A stretch of 64,000 nucleotides of DNA from Vicinamibacteria bacterium (GCA_963668695.2 CAXXLQ010000004.1:3776001-3840000), one strand, 5' to 3'. Shown: positions 9,189 to 22,307, counted from the first letter of the stretch. Made by a program: numbers and translations. The notes: a model not told the origin generated them from the letters alone.

Positions 9189-10443
9189 GCCGCGTGCCGA
9201 TCTCCAAGCGCGTCGAGATCGACCTCGCGCGCCAGTGCGTCGGCGACGGCCAAGCCCTCGAGGGTGGGCCGCACCCAACCGCCTTCCGTGTCCTCGAGCC
9301 GCACGAGGCCGCGGGTCCCCCAATCCCGGAAGAGCGCCCGATTCGCCTGCAGAACCGTCTCTCCATAGCGGGAGGCGAAATCCCCGAGGGAGAGGCCGTC
9401 CGCCATGCGGAGGCGCAGAAACAGTTCTTCGAGCGCACGCTCGCCCGGACCGAGCGCCTCCCGCCCGGCGGTGGGGGTGTCTCCGCGGAGGACTGCGTCC
9501 TCCCAGTCTTCGAAGGCCCGCCGGTTCCAGGACCGTTCCGCCCGCTCCGGCGCGAAGGAATGGGCGGATGGCCCGACGCCGAGGTACTCCACCCCGGTCC
9601 AGTACTTCTGGTTGTGGCGGGATCGAAACGCGGGAGCCGCGGCGAAATTGCATGCCTCGTAGGCCGCCAGACCGCTGTCCGCGAGGGTCTCGTGAACCAC
9701 CCGGAAGAGCGCTCCCGCGTCTTCGGAACGAGCGGTGAGGTCCTCCCCTCGGGCCTGGCGGCGACCGAAGGGCGTTCCCGGTTCGATCGTCAACTCGTAC
9801 GCGGAGAGGTGCCTCACCCCGGGCAGCACCGCTGCGGCCCTCAGTTCCGCCCGCAGGGAATCCGCCGTCTGTCCGGCGGTTCCGAAAATGAGGTCGATCG
9901 AGATCCAGGGGATCCCGGCCTCGGCGAGCCGGGAGACCGCGACCGTGACACCCGACGCGGTGTGCACGCGGCCGAGGAACCGCAGGCGGGAATCGTCGAG
10001 CGCCTGCACTCCGAGGCTGACGCCCCAAACGTCCTCGGCCGCCCACTGGCGGGCAAGACCCGGGTCGCGGACCAGATCCTCGGGGTTCGCCTCGACGAAT
10101 ACGAACGGCGACGGAGCGGCGAGGCCTCTCTCGACCGCCGCGCCGACCATCTCCCGGAAGAAACCGGCGGGTGCCAGCGACGGGGTGCCGCCCCCGAAAT
10201 ACACGGTGTCCGCCCCGAGCGGCCCATCCCCGAGTTCTGCCCGGAGTTCCAACTCGGTGAGGAGGGCCTGCCGGTAGCGCTCGAGGCGCCGGGATCCCGA
10301 CCCGCCGAGCGGCGTTACCGCGAAGTCGCAATACGGACAGATCCGCGAACAGAAGGGAACGTGAACATAGAGCCCCGGCGGCATCGATTCCGGAGCTTCG
10401 GAAGGCCGTTCGATCGTCCGGGACGTCGGGTCCGGACGTTCGG

Positions 10444-10447
<4 letters not shown>
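9185..10447 (-). CDS. hemW: Radical SAM heme chaperone HemW (HemN-like)
   Basis: GLYVHVPFCSRICPYCDF, YFGGGTPS, EANP, SLGVQ, HN-x-x-YW, YLGVGPSAH. GTG overlaps the lepA stop (alternative ATG 10384). Confidence 0.9.
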
Positions 10448-12266
<1,819 letters not shown>

Positions 12267-12270
<4 letters not shown>

Positions 12271-14129
12271 GGGCGCGCGGTAGGGACCAGCGTTACGGTG
12301 CGCCGTTCCCCGTCGCGGAGGAACACCACGGTGAGCGGCTCGCCGATCCGGGCGGCCTCCAGCGCGTTCATGTAGTCGTAGATGTTGAGGACCGGAGCGC
12401 CTGCGAACTCGACGATCACGTCTCCCTTCTGAAGACCCGCCTTCTCCGCCGGCCCGCCGGCCATGACCCCGCCGAGCATCAACCCCAGGGTCTCGGTGGC
12501 GTACTCCGGGATGGTGCCGGTGTAGGCCCGCATCGAGGCGCGTGAGGCTGCGGTCTCCGGAGCGCGTTCCACCTGGCTGAATTCGGGGACCGGATCACTC
12601 TCGGCTACCCGCCGGGCGATGAGCCCGGTGAAACGGACGATCCGCGCGAGCCCTTCGTAGTTCAGCTTTTCGGCGGTATCCGAGGGCTTGTGGTAGTCGC
12701 TGTGGGTTCCGGTGAACAGGTTGAGGGTGGGCACGCTCTCACTGTTGAACCCCGAGGAGTCGGTGGGCAGATAGGGGTCGTCCGAAAGGGCCAGGTCGAA
12801 GCCGCCCGGGATGTTGGCCCGCTCCACGAACCCCGGCCAGACGCTTGAGGAACCCATCGCCTGCACCGTGAGCCGGTTCTCGTCGAGGCGGCCCACCATG
12901 TCCAGGTTGATGTAGGCAAGAAGCTGCTCCGGTCGGATCTCGTTCCGGAGGAATGCCCGCGATCCGAGCAACCCGGATTCTTCGCCGGACCAGAAGCCGA
13001 TCAGCACCGGCCGGGCGAGCGGAGCCTCGGAGAGGCTCCGGGCCAGCGCCAGCACCGCCGCGGTCCCCGAGGCGTTGTCGTCGGCGCCCGGATGGACGGC
13101 CGCCGGACCGTGCGGATTCAGCGAGCCGCTCCCGCCCATGCCCAGGTGGTCGTAGTGCGCGCCAACGGCAACATAGGGCGGGGTGACGCTCCCATCCGCC
13201 GCCGGCAGGATGCCGATGACGTTGGCCCCGCTGCCCGGCGTTCGTTGGAGGTTCACCGACAGGGTGGCGACACCGGTGAGGGGAAATGAGCCGCCGTCCA
13301 CGTCGCCCCGGTCAAGCGCCTGCTGGACCTCGGAGAGCGTGAACCCGCTACCCGCGAAGAGCCGGTCGCCGGCCGGCCCGTCAATGGAGACGGCAAGGAT
13401 GCCCTGACTGCCCGGGGCGGCTATGTCGAAGCCGTCGGGCGCGAACTCCCCTGCCCCCTCGGACTCGGGACCGGTGACCACCACCATCGCGGCGGCGCCC
13501 CGGTCGCGGGCAGCCGTCGCCTTCGACCGGAAGTCGGCGTGACGATTCAGAATCGCCCGCGCCTCGTCCTCCACGTCGTCGGGGAAGTAGCGGAGGACGA
13601 CCACCACCTTGTCGCGTACCTCGTGGCCGGCGTAGCTGTCGTACTCATGGCCCGCGTTCTCGGGCAGGCTGATGCCGTAACCGGCGAAGAACAACTCTCC
13701 CCGGGCCTCGCCCGTCTCGGAGAACGCGAACGCGCGAACTTGGTCGCTTCCGAACCGCTTGTGTCCCCCCGCGCGCAGCGTGGATCCGAGATCCTCCACG
13801 CCGGAAATGAAGCGGAATGGAACCCCGAGATCCTCCTGTCCCGGCAGCGGCCGGGCCCCGGCGGCGTCCAGTTCGGACATCAGGTAGCGGCGGGCAGCCG
13901 CCGCTCCGGGGGTCCCCACCGCGCGACCCTCGGTGCCCGGCCCGGTCAGCGCGGCAACGTCGGTCCGCAGATCTTCCGGTGTCTGGTCTTCCGGGGTCTG
14001 GCCGAACGCCGGAGAAGGCGCCAGCGGCGCGAGCAGCAGTCCGGACGCGAGGCCGGCGGCCGCCAGACCGTGCGGAATCGCGCTGTCCCATTCCCGGGTT
14101 GGCCGGTGTGCGATGGGACGGCTGATCAT
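12267..14129 (-). CDS. M28 metallopeptidase with PA and PDZ domains
   Basis: GAHYDHLG, PGADDNASG, SGEESGLLGS, NLDMVGR, DYHKPSDT and a C-terminal PDZ. ATG at 14129 overlaps the upstream stop (ATGA). Confidence 0.9.
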
Positions 14130-15313
14130 TCCGGTGTCTCCCCGCCGCCGGCGCGAGCCGGGGCCTCGCGGAGGGCAGCCAGCGCTTCTTCGTGGTTCCA
14201 GTCGGCCAGGTAGATCTGGCCCCCGGCCCCCCCGTGGCGGCTGGACGTCCAGGCGAGTCCCGTTCCCTCCGGGGTCGGGACCGGCAGGCCATCGAACCCG
14301 TCGGTAGTGGTGATTCGGACCGGTTCCTTCTCCCCGGCGACGTCCACCATGTACACCTCGAAGTTGGTGAAACCGAGCTTGTTCGAGGCGAACAGCACGT
14401 ACTCGCCCGAGGGGTGGACGTAGGGGGCCCAGCTCATGGCCCCGAAATCGGTCATCTGACGCTGGTCGCTTCCATCCGGCCGCATCGACCAGACGTCCGC
14501 GATCAACCCGTCCTCCGAAAAGCGGCGCCAGATGATCCGGGAACCATCGGGAAAGAAGAACGGGCCGCCGTCGTATCCCGGAACATCGGTGAGCCGCCGC
14601 TGCTCGCTCCCGTCCGCCCGCATCACGTAGATCTCGGCGAAGTACGAGGGATCGATCTCGGCGAGACGCGCTTCCCGCTCGGAAAGCTCGCGCTCGAACA
14701 TGTCCCGCATCGCGGTGAAGACGATCCATTCGCCGTCCGGCGACCAGCTTCCCTCGGCGTCGTATCCGTGGGCGTCCGTGAGACGCACCATTTCTCCATC
14801 GGAACGCCGTTCGACGAAGATGTCCATGAAGGGGTCGTAGTCCCACGCGTAACGGCGTTCCTGGCCGCTCTCCCGGAACGCGATCTCCTCCTGCTGCAAC
14901 TCGACGGAACGCGGATCGAGATGCGTCGAAGCGAAGAGGATGTCGCCGTTCTTCCCCGAGATGAAGCCGCAGGTTGTCTTCCCCTGCCCGGGGGAGATTC
15001 GCCGCACGTCGCCGGTCTCCATGGAGAGCAGATAGATCTGGAAGAACGGATTCCCCGGCTCCCGCTCCGACTGGAAGACCATCTCCTTCCCGTCCGGCGA
15101 GAAGTACCCCTCGCCGGCACGCCTCCCCTCGACCGTCAGCCGCCGGATCCGGCTCAGGAACCGCGACTCGTCCTCATCCCCCTCCCCTGCGGAAACGGGG
15201 GCAGACAGGCCCCCACTCAGAGCAGCAAGCAGAGCAGCAGTCAGAGCAGCAGGCAGAGCAGCAAGGAGTACAAACACGAGGCGGCCGGAAACACGCCGCA
15301 ACGACTGGAGCAT
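14126..15313 (-). CDS. PD40/TolB-like beta-propeller protein
   Basis: AGEGYFSPDG, GYDAEGSWSPDG and GYDGGPFFFPDG repeats; N-terminal hydrophobic signal; start chosen at ATG 15313. Confidence 0.85.
   Translation of the reverse strand: MLQSLRRVSGRLVFVLLAALPAALTAALLAALSGGLSAPVSAGEGDEDESRFLSRIRRLTVEGRRAGEGYFSPDGKEMVFQSEREPGNPFFQIYLLSMETGDVRRISPGQGKTTCGFISGKNGDILFASTHLDPRSVELQQEEIAFRESGQERRYAWDYDPFMDIFVERRSDGEMVRLTDAHGYDAEGSWSPDGEWIVFTAMRDMFERELSEREARLAEIDPSYFAEIYVMRADGSEQRRLTDVPGYDGGPFFFPDGSRIIWRRFSEDGLIADVWSMRPDGSDQRQMTDFGAMSWAPYVHPSGEYVLFASNKLGFTNFEVYMVDVAGEKEPVRITTTDGFDGLPVPTPEGTGLAWTSSRHGGAGGQIYLADWNHEEALAALREAPARAGGGETPE
15218..15265. repeat. Imperfect 12-bp tandem repeat in signal peptide (xAAL x4)
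   Basis: CAGAGCAGCA-NN repeated four times. Confidence 0.7.
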
Positions 15314-15377
15314 AAGGAGAACGGGAACTGCGAATCGGCCGAACGGTAGCGGAGCACTGTACCACGCACCCCGGACC

Positions 15378-15463
15378 GCGGGGTCGCCCGGCGGCAGGTG
15401 CACACACGAGTCATGGATCACGGATCGCCGGTCACCGCCTCGGCGGGTCGAAGGTCGGCGAGG
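15378..15463. repeat. Direct repeat copy 1 (flank downstream of aminoacylase remnant)
   Basis: Aligns without gaps to 22361-22446 (GCGGGGTCGCCCGGCGGCAGGTGCA...TCACCGCCTCGGCGGG). Confidence 0.85.
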
Positions 15464-15471
15464 ACGCCAGA

Positions 15472-15938
15472 CTACTCGGAAACGAACCCCGGGCCGCGCA
15501 GCGCCTGGCCGGGAAGCGCCCGGGTGTACTCGCCCTCATCGACCACCAGGGCGCCGTTCACCAGGACGTACCGCATACCGATCGAGTAGTGGAACGGGTC
15601 TTCGAAGGTGGCCACCCCGCGGATCGTCTCCGGATCGAAGATCGCCAGGTCGGCGAAGTTGCCTTCCACCAGCGTCCCCCGCTCCTCGAGTCCCAGGATC
15701 TCCGCGGGAAGCCCGCTCAGCTTCCGAATCGCCTCCTCCCAACTCAGCAGGCCTTCTTCGCGCACGTAGGTACCGAGGAGGCGGGGAACCGTCCCCAGAT
15801 GACGGGGATGCACGAGTGGGGGAAGGTTCTCCGAGTCGAGGTCGATGGTCCCGCCATCGGTTCCACCGGCCACCCGCTCAGGCCGGCGGAGACTCCGAAC
15901 GCCCCCTCGGACATCGCGTCCCGCACCGGTCCCAACAT
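15472..15938 (-). pseudogene. D-aminoacylase remnant 1 (3' end plus an internal fragment)
   Basis: 15472-15873 is near-identical to 31352-31753; 15876-15938 matches 32375-32437; about 620 bp in between is deleted. Confidence 0.9.
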
Positions 15939-16017
15939 TCCTGAGGACCGGAGTGTTCCCGTAGTGACGGCACGCCGCCCCCGCCAGATCAGGATCCAGG
16001 CGGGGGTCCGGCTCCTC

Positions 16018-16452
16018 CTAACCGAGCCGTAGCAGACCGAATACTCCTGACGGGAGCGGCTGGGGCAGCAGTAGCCGGAAAAGCACCCAGACGAAAGCCG
16101 CAAGCGCGATCGCCATGGTGACCGAAGACAGCCAACCCTCGGCGCCCCGGATCCGCTGGAAGGCGACGACAAACAGCGCCGGACCGGCGACAAAACCCAG
16201 CGTCGCGACGAGGGCGGGAAGGGCGGCAACCCATGCGCAGGCCGATACAACCTCGGTTCCGGACGGCCCGGTGCCGGTCTCGGCTCCGTCCCCGTCCCGA
16301 TATTCCTGGTACAGCCGCCATCCCAGAACGGCGATCAGCGGCGCGAGCACCATCAGCGGGCCGCGACGCGCCTGGGCGCCGAGTGAGAGCGTCTGGATCC
16401 CCGCCAGGGCAGTCGCTGCGGCAAGCAGGGCCGTAAACGGTTGGACTCTCAT
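16018..16452 (-). CDS. tctB: TctB-like small membrane subunit
   Basis: Four hydrophobic segments, C-terminal LF-x-x-LL-x-x-PLP-x-G; ATG overlaps the tctA stop. Confidence 0.65.
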   Translation of the reverse strand: MRVQPFTALLAAATALAGIQTLSLGAQARRGPLMVLAPLIAVLGWRLYQEYRDGDGAETGTGPSGTEVVSACAWVAALPALVATLGFVAGPALFVVAFQRIRGAEGWLSSVTMAIALAAFVWVLFRLLLPQPLPSGVFGLLRLG

Positions 16453-17957
16453 CGCGGTGTTCTGCGGTGGCTCAGCAACCGCGGCAAGATTACGGTGCCC
16501 ATCACGAGCGCAGCGCCAACCAGCACCGAGGGCCGGGTCCAGAAATTCACGCGGCCGAGTTCGTGGAGCGTCATTGTGAGGCTCAGATTCACTTCGAGAA
16601 GCGGACCCAGAATGAGCGCCATCACGAAGGCGATTCGTGGCCACCCGTACCGCCGCATGCCGTAGCCAGCGATGCCGAAAGCGAAGGCCACGAAGACATC
16701 GGCCAGACGCGCTCGATAGCCCATTGCGCCGACCGCCGCGAACACGAGCACGACCGGCACGAACTGCACGCTGCGGACCGTGGCCAGGCCGGCCATCCGA
16801 CCGGCGAGCGCCAATCCGAGCAGTGACGTGATCCAGTTGGAAAGAAAAAGCGCCCAGAGCAGCCCGAACACCAGATCGAGGTCGTTCTGGAGCAGGCCCG
16901 GGCCCATCTGCAGGCCATGCACCTCGAGCCCGGTGAGTAGCACGGCCGTACCGGCGCTTCCCGGAATTCCGAGGGCGAGGGTGGTGAGCAACGAACCGCC
17001 GTCCTTCGCGTCGTTCGTTGCCTCGGGCGCCAGCACCCCGCGGACATCCCCCTTTCCGAAGCGCCCCGTCTCGCCTGCGGTGCGACGGGCCTCGTTGTAG
17101 GCAATGAAGGAGGCAGCGGTGCCCCCGATCCCCGGTATGACCCCCACCATGGTCCCGATGAGCGAACTGCGGAGGAAGACCCCCGGGAACCGAAACACCG
17201 AGAGTACGCCGTCGATCGCACTCCCCCCGAGCCCCTCCGAACCGATCCGCTCGGCGACGCGGTGACGGCGACTCGACACCAGCTCGATCGCCTCGGCAAT
17301 GGCAAAAATGCCAATGAAAGCCGGGATCAGAGGAATGCCGTCGAGCAGATAGAGCGTCCCGAACGTGTAGCGGGCCTCGGCCGAGATGGGATCGAGACCG
17401 ACAAACGATCCCATGAGCCCCAACCCGACCAGGATGAATCCCTTCACCGGGATCGTTCGGATCACGGTGGCCACCGTGAGGAGGCCCCAGACGGTGAGCA
17501 CGACCATCTCCGCGGGTCCAACCAGGTGCACAACGCTACTGATGACAGGCAGGAGCACCACCACCACCGCGATACCGACCGAGGACCCGAGCGCGGACGC
17601 AGCCGCCGAACAGGCGATCGCTTCCTTCGCCCGCCCCTGCTGCGTCATCGCATGGCCGTCAATCGCGGTCGCGGCATTCGGGGCCGTTCCCGGGATGTTG
17701 AAGAGAATCGCGGTGACCGAACCCATGAAGGTTCCGCCACCCACCAGCGCGCCGAAAACCACCAGTGCAGGCTCGAGTTCCCAGGAAAACGTCAGCGGCA
17801 CGGCCAAGGCCAACAGGGTGATGGCGCTGACCCCCGGCAACGCGGCGACGACCATGGCGGCCATCGTCGCCAGCAGCAGATAGACCGGGTTCGGCCAGGA
17901 AAGCACCAAAACGAGACCGCGCCAGGCCCCGTCGAGGACCGGCGCCAGAACCTCCAC
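16449..17957 (-). CDS. tctA: Tripartite tricarboxylate transporter permease TctA
   Basis: GSVTAILFNIPGT...ATAIDG, GVIPGIG, APEATND, LALGIPG, LILGP. Confidence 0.92.
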   Translation of the reverse strand: MEVLAPVLDGAWRGLVLVLSWPNPVYLLLATMAAMVVAALPGVSAITLLALAVPLTFSWELEPALVVFGALVGGGTFMGSVTAILFNIPGTAPNAATAIDGHAMTQQGRAKEAIACSAAASALGSSVGIAVVVVLLPVISSVVHLVGPAEMVVLTVWGLLTVATVIRTIPVKGFILVGLGLMGSFVGLDPISAEARYTFGTLYLLDGIPLIPAFIGIFAIAEAIELVSSRRHRVAERIGSEGLGGSAIDGVLSVFRFPGVFLRSSLIGTMVGVIPGIGGTAASFIAYNEARRTAGETGRFGKGDVRGVLAPEATNDAKDGGSLLTTLALGIPGSAGTAVLLTGLEVHGLQMGPGLLQNDLDLVFGLLWALFLSNWITSLLGLALAGRMAGLATVRSVQFVPVVLVFAAVGAMGYRARLADVFVAFAFGIAGYGMRRYGWPRIAFVMALILGPLLEVNLSLTMTLHELGRVNFWTRPSVLVGAALVMGTVILPRLLSHRRTPR

Positions 17958-17959
17958 GG

Positions 17960-19051
17960 CTAGTCGCTACCGCTCCGGCGGTGGTTTTCGAGCGCGCTCT
18001 GGAGGTGCGAGGCCGCCTTGCGTGCCGCCGCGATGCGGCGGCGAGCTTCAGCGGCCGGCAAGGGCGCCAAGACTTGCCCCACCCTCCTCGCGCGGTCGGC
18101 TACCGCCGGGGAGGCCGCGGCGGCAAAGACGGCGGACCCGAGGCAGCGTCGCAGGGATGGCGGCAGGCCGCGCGGGGCCGCGACGATCCTTCCAACCTGC
18201 GCCAGCGTCTGGAGGGCCCGGGCGTGCTCGCGCGAAGACGACGGATCCCGGAGCCACTCCGGACGATTCTCGATGACGGAGTCGGGGCCGCTCAGCCCGG
18301 GCACCCGCTCCTCCCCTGGCGCCGAGTCTCCCCCCTGGGTCATCCGCAACAACGGAACCAATCCCGGCACACGGGCTATGTTGTGCTCGTCAAACATGCC
18401 GCCGTCGATTTCGCCTCGCCGAATCGCCGCGAGCGTCGCGCTGGACCCTTGGTATCCCGCCACCAGACGCGTTTCGATGTCGAAGATCTCGCCGAAGAGC
18501 ACCGCCATCAGCGTGGAAGTTGCCATCGTCCCATATCGGCCGAGCACCAGTGGCTTGCGTCTTTGCAAAACCTCTTCGAAAGTCCGGACCCCGAGGCGCC
18601 TCCCCACGGCCAAGGTGAAGCGATGGTCGCGGAGGCGCGTCAACACATCGAAGTCGCGCACCAGATCCAGCGCATGGCCCGGACTGGTATAGGGGAGCAC
18701 CAGCAACCCCGACCCGTTCAAGAGCCCGATCGTACGACCGTCGGGCCGGGCGCGTGACAGCCGGTGAGCGCCCACCAGTCCCCCGGCGCCGGGAATGTTC
18801 TCGACCACCACCTCAGCGCCGAGAGCCGCCTCCAGTTCCGGTTCGAGCAGGCGCGACAACCGGTTGTACGAGCCGCCCGGCGGGGCTCCCACGAGCCATC
18901 GGATCCGCTCGCCCTCGAGTACCGGGCAGGCGCCGCGCGCCGGCGCGCCGCGCGAATCCCGGCCGGCCACGAGCGCGCCGCAGCCGGCGGCGAGGCGCGC
19001 GAGGACGGCGCGACGGGTGGTCCGGGGCCGCTCACCCCCGCGAGATTCCAT
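17960..19051 (-). CDS. tctC: Tripartite tricarboxylate transporter substrate-binding protein (TctC/Bug), Tat signal
   Basis: TRRAVL twin-arginine signal; PPGGSY, VVENIPGAGG, ARPDG-x-TIG, GYQGS, APRGLP. Confidence 0.8.
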   Translation of the reverse strand: MESRGGERPRTTRRAVLARLAAGCGALVAGRDSRGAPARGACPVLEGERIRWLVGAPPGGSYNRLSRLLEPELEAALGAEVVVENIPGAGGLVGAHRLSRARPDGRTIGLLNGSGLLVLPYTSPGHALDLVRDFDVLTRLRDHRFTLAVGRRLGVRTFEEVLQRRKPLVLGRYGTMATSTLMAVLFGEIFDIETRLVAGYQGSSATLAAIRRGEIDGGMFDEHNIARVPGLVPLLRMTQGGDSAPGEERVPGLSGPDSVIENRPEWLRDPSSSREHARALQTLAQVGRIVAAPRGLPPSLRRCLGSAVFAAAASPAVADRARRVGQVLAPLPAAEARRRIAAARKAASHLQSALENHRRSGSD

Positions 19052-19188
19052 GGGCCCTCGCCTCCCCGGCGTGAACCGCCCGACCACTCGGCCGTCTCGC
19101 CGGCGGCGTCTTCGAGCCAGTCATCCCAAGCTTCCCACCCCAAATTTGGCCCCAACGACCAATTTGAGGATCATACAACCGGATCGCA

Positions 19189-21408
19189 ATGCGTTCGCTC
19201 GCGCTTGAACTTGTCGCCGACCTGCGATCCTCGAAGCTGACGGCCGCCCTCGCTATCGGGCTCTTTACGGCGCTCCGCCGTGTCGTTTCGGCGCTGTCGC
19301 AAGCCGCGATCATCTTTTCGGGACCGCTCGCGGCTTACGTGGTGCAAGGTGCCGGACCGCTGCTGTTCGGCGCGTGCGCCCTCTCGGTGACTACCGCGCT
19401 CTTGGGAGGCTTTCGCGGAGCGATCTCAGCGCCGACCTCCGCCCCGGCCGCCGCAATGTTCACCATCGGGATCGTGGTCGGGCCCGAGCTGGCGCAGTCG
19501 CCGGACGTGGCGTTCGTCACCATGCTGGCGATCATGGGTCTTTCCTCGGTGGCCACGGCGGTCTGCTTCCTCCTGATCGGGAGGTTCCGGCTGGCGAATC
19601 TATTCCGCTTCATCCCTTATCCGGTAACCGGAGGATTCCTCGCCGGCCTGGGATGGTCCATGGTCACGGGGGGTGTCACGGCGATGTGCGGCATCGTGCC
19701 GCGCTGGGAGACCCTTCCCCTGCTCTTCGACACCAATATCCTCCTCCGTTGGGCGCCGGGAGTTGTTATCGGCCTCATTCTGCTCTTCGTCACGAAACGT
19801 TGGCGGCATTTCCTGATCTTCCCGGCGGTGGTGGTGCTCGTGACCGCGTCGTACCACGTGGTGCTGTATTCGCTCGGCATGTCCGTGGCGGAGTCCGGCG
19901 AAGCCGGCCTTCTGGTTGCCGGAATTCCGTCCGGGGCGCTTTGGCCCCCGGTCGCGCTCGGCGATCTGGCCCTCGTGGATTGGGGGGTCGTGGTGTCCCA
20001 GATTCCCGGAGTGTTGGGAGTCGTTTTGATCATGTTGGTGTATTTGGTGTTCACGGTTGGGACCGTGGAGGCCGGTACGGGGGTCGAGATGGATCTGAAC
20101 CGCGAGTTCCGCGCGGCAGGCCTGGGTTGCCTGATTGCCGGACTCGGAGGAAGTACCCCCGGTTGCGCCACTACCGGGCGCGCCCTGGTCAGCTACCTGG
20201 CCGGAGCCAACACCCGATGGACCGGAATCATCACCGGGCTCGCGGTGGGGGCGGTGATGGTCCTCGGCGGTGGCGTCCTGAACATCTTCCCGATGGCGCT
20301 GATTGGAGGGCTGATGGTTTTCGTCGGGGTCCGCCTGCTGCGTGACTGGCTGCTCAGCGCGCCGCGACGGCTGCCACGAGCGGACTTCGCCGCCGTCCTG
20401 CTGATCGCCTGCATCGTCGGCGCCGTCGGGTTCCTCGAAGGCCTTGCCGTGGGTCTGGTCGTCACCGTGATTTTCTTCGTCGTACGGTTCAGCGGCGTCG
20501 AAGTCGTTGGCGACTCGTTCACCGGCGAGGATCGCCACAGCAGGAGGATCCGCCCGGTCACCCACCGCGCCATCCTGCGGAACGAGGGAAAGCGAGTCCG
20601 TGCGTACAGTCTGCGCGGTTACCTTTTTTTCGGTAGCGCCTCCTCGCTGGGGGATCGGCTCAAGAACGCCTTGAAATCCGAACCGGCGCCGAAGTGCCTG
20701 TTGCTGGACTTCGGCGACGTGACCGGCTTCGATGTCTCGGCCATCAACGCGTTCTGCCGGGTGGTCCGGTTGGCGCGTGACACGCACACGCGCATCGTGC
20801 TCAGCGCCGCGACGGAAGCGTTCCGTTCCAGTATGCGGCGGAACCTCCCCGAGCGCTCCTCCGGGGACCTGTCCTGGGAGAGGGACCTGGATCACGGATT
20901 GGAGCGGTGCGAAGAGATCCTGATCGGGGAATGGACCCGAACTCACTCCGCGGTTGAGGAGCGGCGGGAGGCGCTTCTGGGACTGTCGTTTGACGAGGCC
21001 CTTCGCCAACTGGAACGCCAGGCCGCCTTCGAGGTGCTGGTCGATCGGTTGGAGCCCTGGTTGGAGGCCCGGACCTACGCCGCCGGCGAGAGCCTGGTGG
21101 TGCGTGGCGAGAGGCAGGAGGGTGTGCAGCTTCTGACCAGCGGCCGGGCGGTTGCGCGCTCGGATGACGACGAGACGCGCCTCCAGGAGTACGGACCCGG
21201 TGATGCGATCACTCCCCAGGCGGCTTTCGGCGATCATGTCGCCGAAACCTCGGTCGAAGCCGAAATCCCCTCCCGCACGGCGCTGATGACCGCAGCCGCG
21301 CGCCGCTCGCTGGAGGGGCAGGATCTCGCCCTGGCCCTGGCGATGGACAAGCACCTGATCGAGGCCATCCTGAAGCGGCCGGCCGGCGTTCCCGGCGCCG
21401 GGCGCTAA
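19189..21408 (+). CDS. SulP-family anion transporter with STAS and cNMP-binding domains
   Basis: RFIPYPVTGGFLAG, DLNREF, GYLFFGSA...LLDF-x-x-V-x-x-x-D-x-SA (STAS) and a C-terminal cNMP-like domain. Confidence 0.88.
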   Translation: MRSLALELVADLRSSKLTAALAIGLFTALRRVVSALSQAAIIFSGPLAAYVVQGAGPLLFGACALSVTTALLGGFRGAISAPTSAPAAAMFTIGIVVGPELAQSPDVAFVTMLAIMGLSSVATAVCFLLIGRFRLANLFRFIPYPVTGGFLAGLGWSMVTGGVTAMCGIVPRWETLPLLFDTNILLRWAPGVVIGLILLFVTKRWRHFLIFPAVVVLVTASYHVVLYSLGMSVAESGEAGLLVAGIPSGALWPPVALGDLALVDWGVVVSQIPGVLGVVLIMLVYLVFTVGTVEAGTGVEMDLNREFRAAGLGCLIAGLGGSTPGCATTGRALVSYLAGANTRWTGIITGLAVGAVMVLGGGVLNIFPMALIGGLMVFVGVRLLRDWLLSAPRRLPRADFAAVLLIACIVGAVGFLEGLAVGLVVTVIFFVVRFSGVEVVGDSFTGEDRHSRRIRPVTHRAILRNEGKRVRAYSLRGYLFFGSASSLGDRLKNALKSEPAPKCLLLDFGDVTGFDVSAINAFCRVVRLARDTHTRIVLSAATEAFRSSMRRNLPERSSGDLSWERDLDHGLERCEEILIGEWTRTHSAVEERREALLGLSFDEALRQLERQAAFEVLVDRLEPWLEARTYAAGESLVVRGERQEGVQLLTSGRAVARSDDDETRLQEYGPGDAITPQAAFGDHVAETSVEAEIPSRTALMTAAARRSLEGQDLALALAMDKHLIEAILKRPAGVPGAGR

Positions 21409-21642
21409 CCAGGCGAGGCGCCAAGGATCCAATTCCAAAGGCGGTAGCCGCCGGCCGGTTACGGAGTGAGAGCCATCGGCCTTGGGACGAGGCTTCTCGC
21501 CCGGATGGCGCCGCGGGTACGGGAACGCCGGACCTCACAGGTCGGCAACCGCCCGCCGAAGGTGGTCGAGATGCGCGACGTTGCGCGACGTCGTGTCGCC
21601 TCCTGCGCCGCAGCAAGAGCTCCCAGGTATCAGATATCCGGG

Positions 21643-22023
21643 CTACGCCTCGAGCACGCTGACCTCGTACTGCCGAATTCGGGAATCCCGGGTGACGAGG
21701 ATCAGGCCTTCCAGCTGCGCCTGGGCAATCAGAAACCGGTCGAAGGGGTTCCGGTGGTGCACTGGCAGCTTTCCTGCGTGCTCGGCATGACGGAAGGTCA
21801 GTGGCAAGTGCGAAAACCTCCGTTCCTCAACCGCCGACGCCAGGTCCGGCGGCGCTCGCAGGTCACCCTTTTCCCGTTTGACCGTGATTTCCCACGCCGT
21901 CACCGCGCTGACGAAGACGTCGTTCCGCGGATCAACGATCGCGGCCCGAGCACTCTCTCGTAGCCGCTTCACATCGGACAGCGCCCATACGAAGGCGTGA
22001 GTGTCCAGCAGCAAACGGGCCAC
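21643..22023 (-). CDS. vapC: PIN-domain VapC toxin
   Basis: LLLDTHAFVW, SAVTAWEI, HRNPFDRFLIAQA, LVTRD. Confidence 0.92.
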   Translation of the reverse strand: MARLLLDTHAFVWALSDVKRLRESARAAIVDPRNDVFVSAVTAWEITVKREKGDLRAPPDLASAVEERRFSHLPLTFRHAEHAGKLPVHHRNPFDRFLIAQAQLEGLILVTRDSRIRQYEVSVLEA

Positions 22024-22025
22024 GG

Positions 22026-22277
22026 TCAGCCTTCATCCGGGAAGATCTTCGAGTTTTCGATCTCCTCCTCGAGTTCCGGGATGGGATCGTCAAAGTTCGG
22101 AGACATCCAGATCCGCCCCTCATAGCCTCCCAGCTTCCGCTCCTCCCGGCGCTCCCGGTAAGGCTCAAGCCGCAGATACGGCTCTCCCGCCCTGGCGATC
22201 ACGACTTCCTCTCCCTCCCAAGCCAGACGCCCCAACCGGGAGAGTTGGGACTTGGCCTCGTGCATGTTTACCTTCAT
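22026..22277 (-). CDS. Phd/YefM-family antitoxin
   Basis: MKVNMHEAKSQLSRL...GEEVVIARAGEP, directly upstream of the PIN gene. Confidence 0.92.
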   Translation of the reverse strand: MKVNMHEAKSQLSRLGRLAWEGEEVVIARAGEPYLRLEPYRERREERKLGGYEGRIWMSPNFDDPIPELEEEIENSKIFPDEG

Positions 22278-22287
22278 GGACGGATTC

Positions 22288-22307
22288 CTTAGCTAAGCTA
22301 GCCTAAG
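22288..22307. promoter_or_regulatory. Putative Phd operator palindrome
   Basis: CTTAGCTAAGCTAGCCTAAG, containing the perfect palindrome CTTAGCTAAG, 10 bp upstream of the antitoxin start. Confidence 0.5.

Noticed and set aside
15472-15873. Functional 133-aa protein, or a pure assembly duplicate
   Set aside because: It is only the C-terminal part of the aminoacylase without the metal-binding N-terminus. Several substitutions and a distinct deletion junction argue against a simple duplicated contig end, though long reads are still needed.
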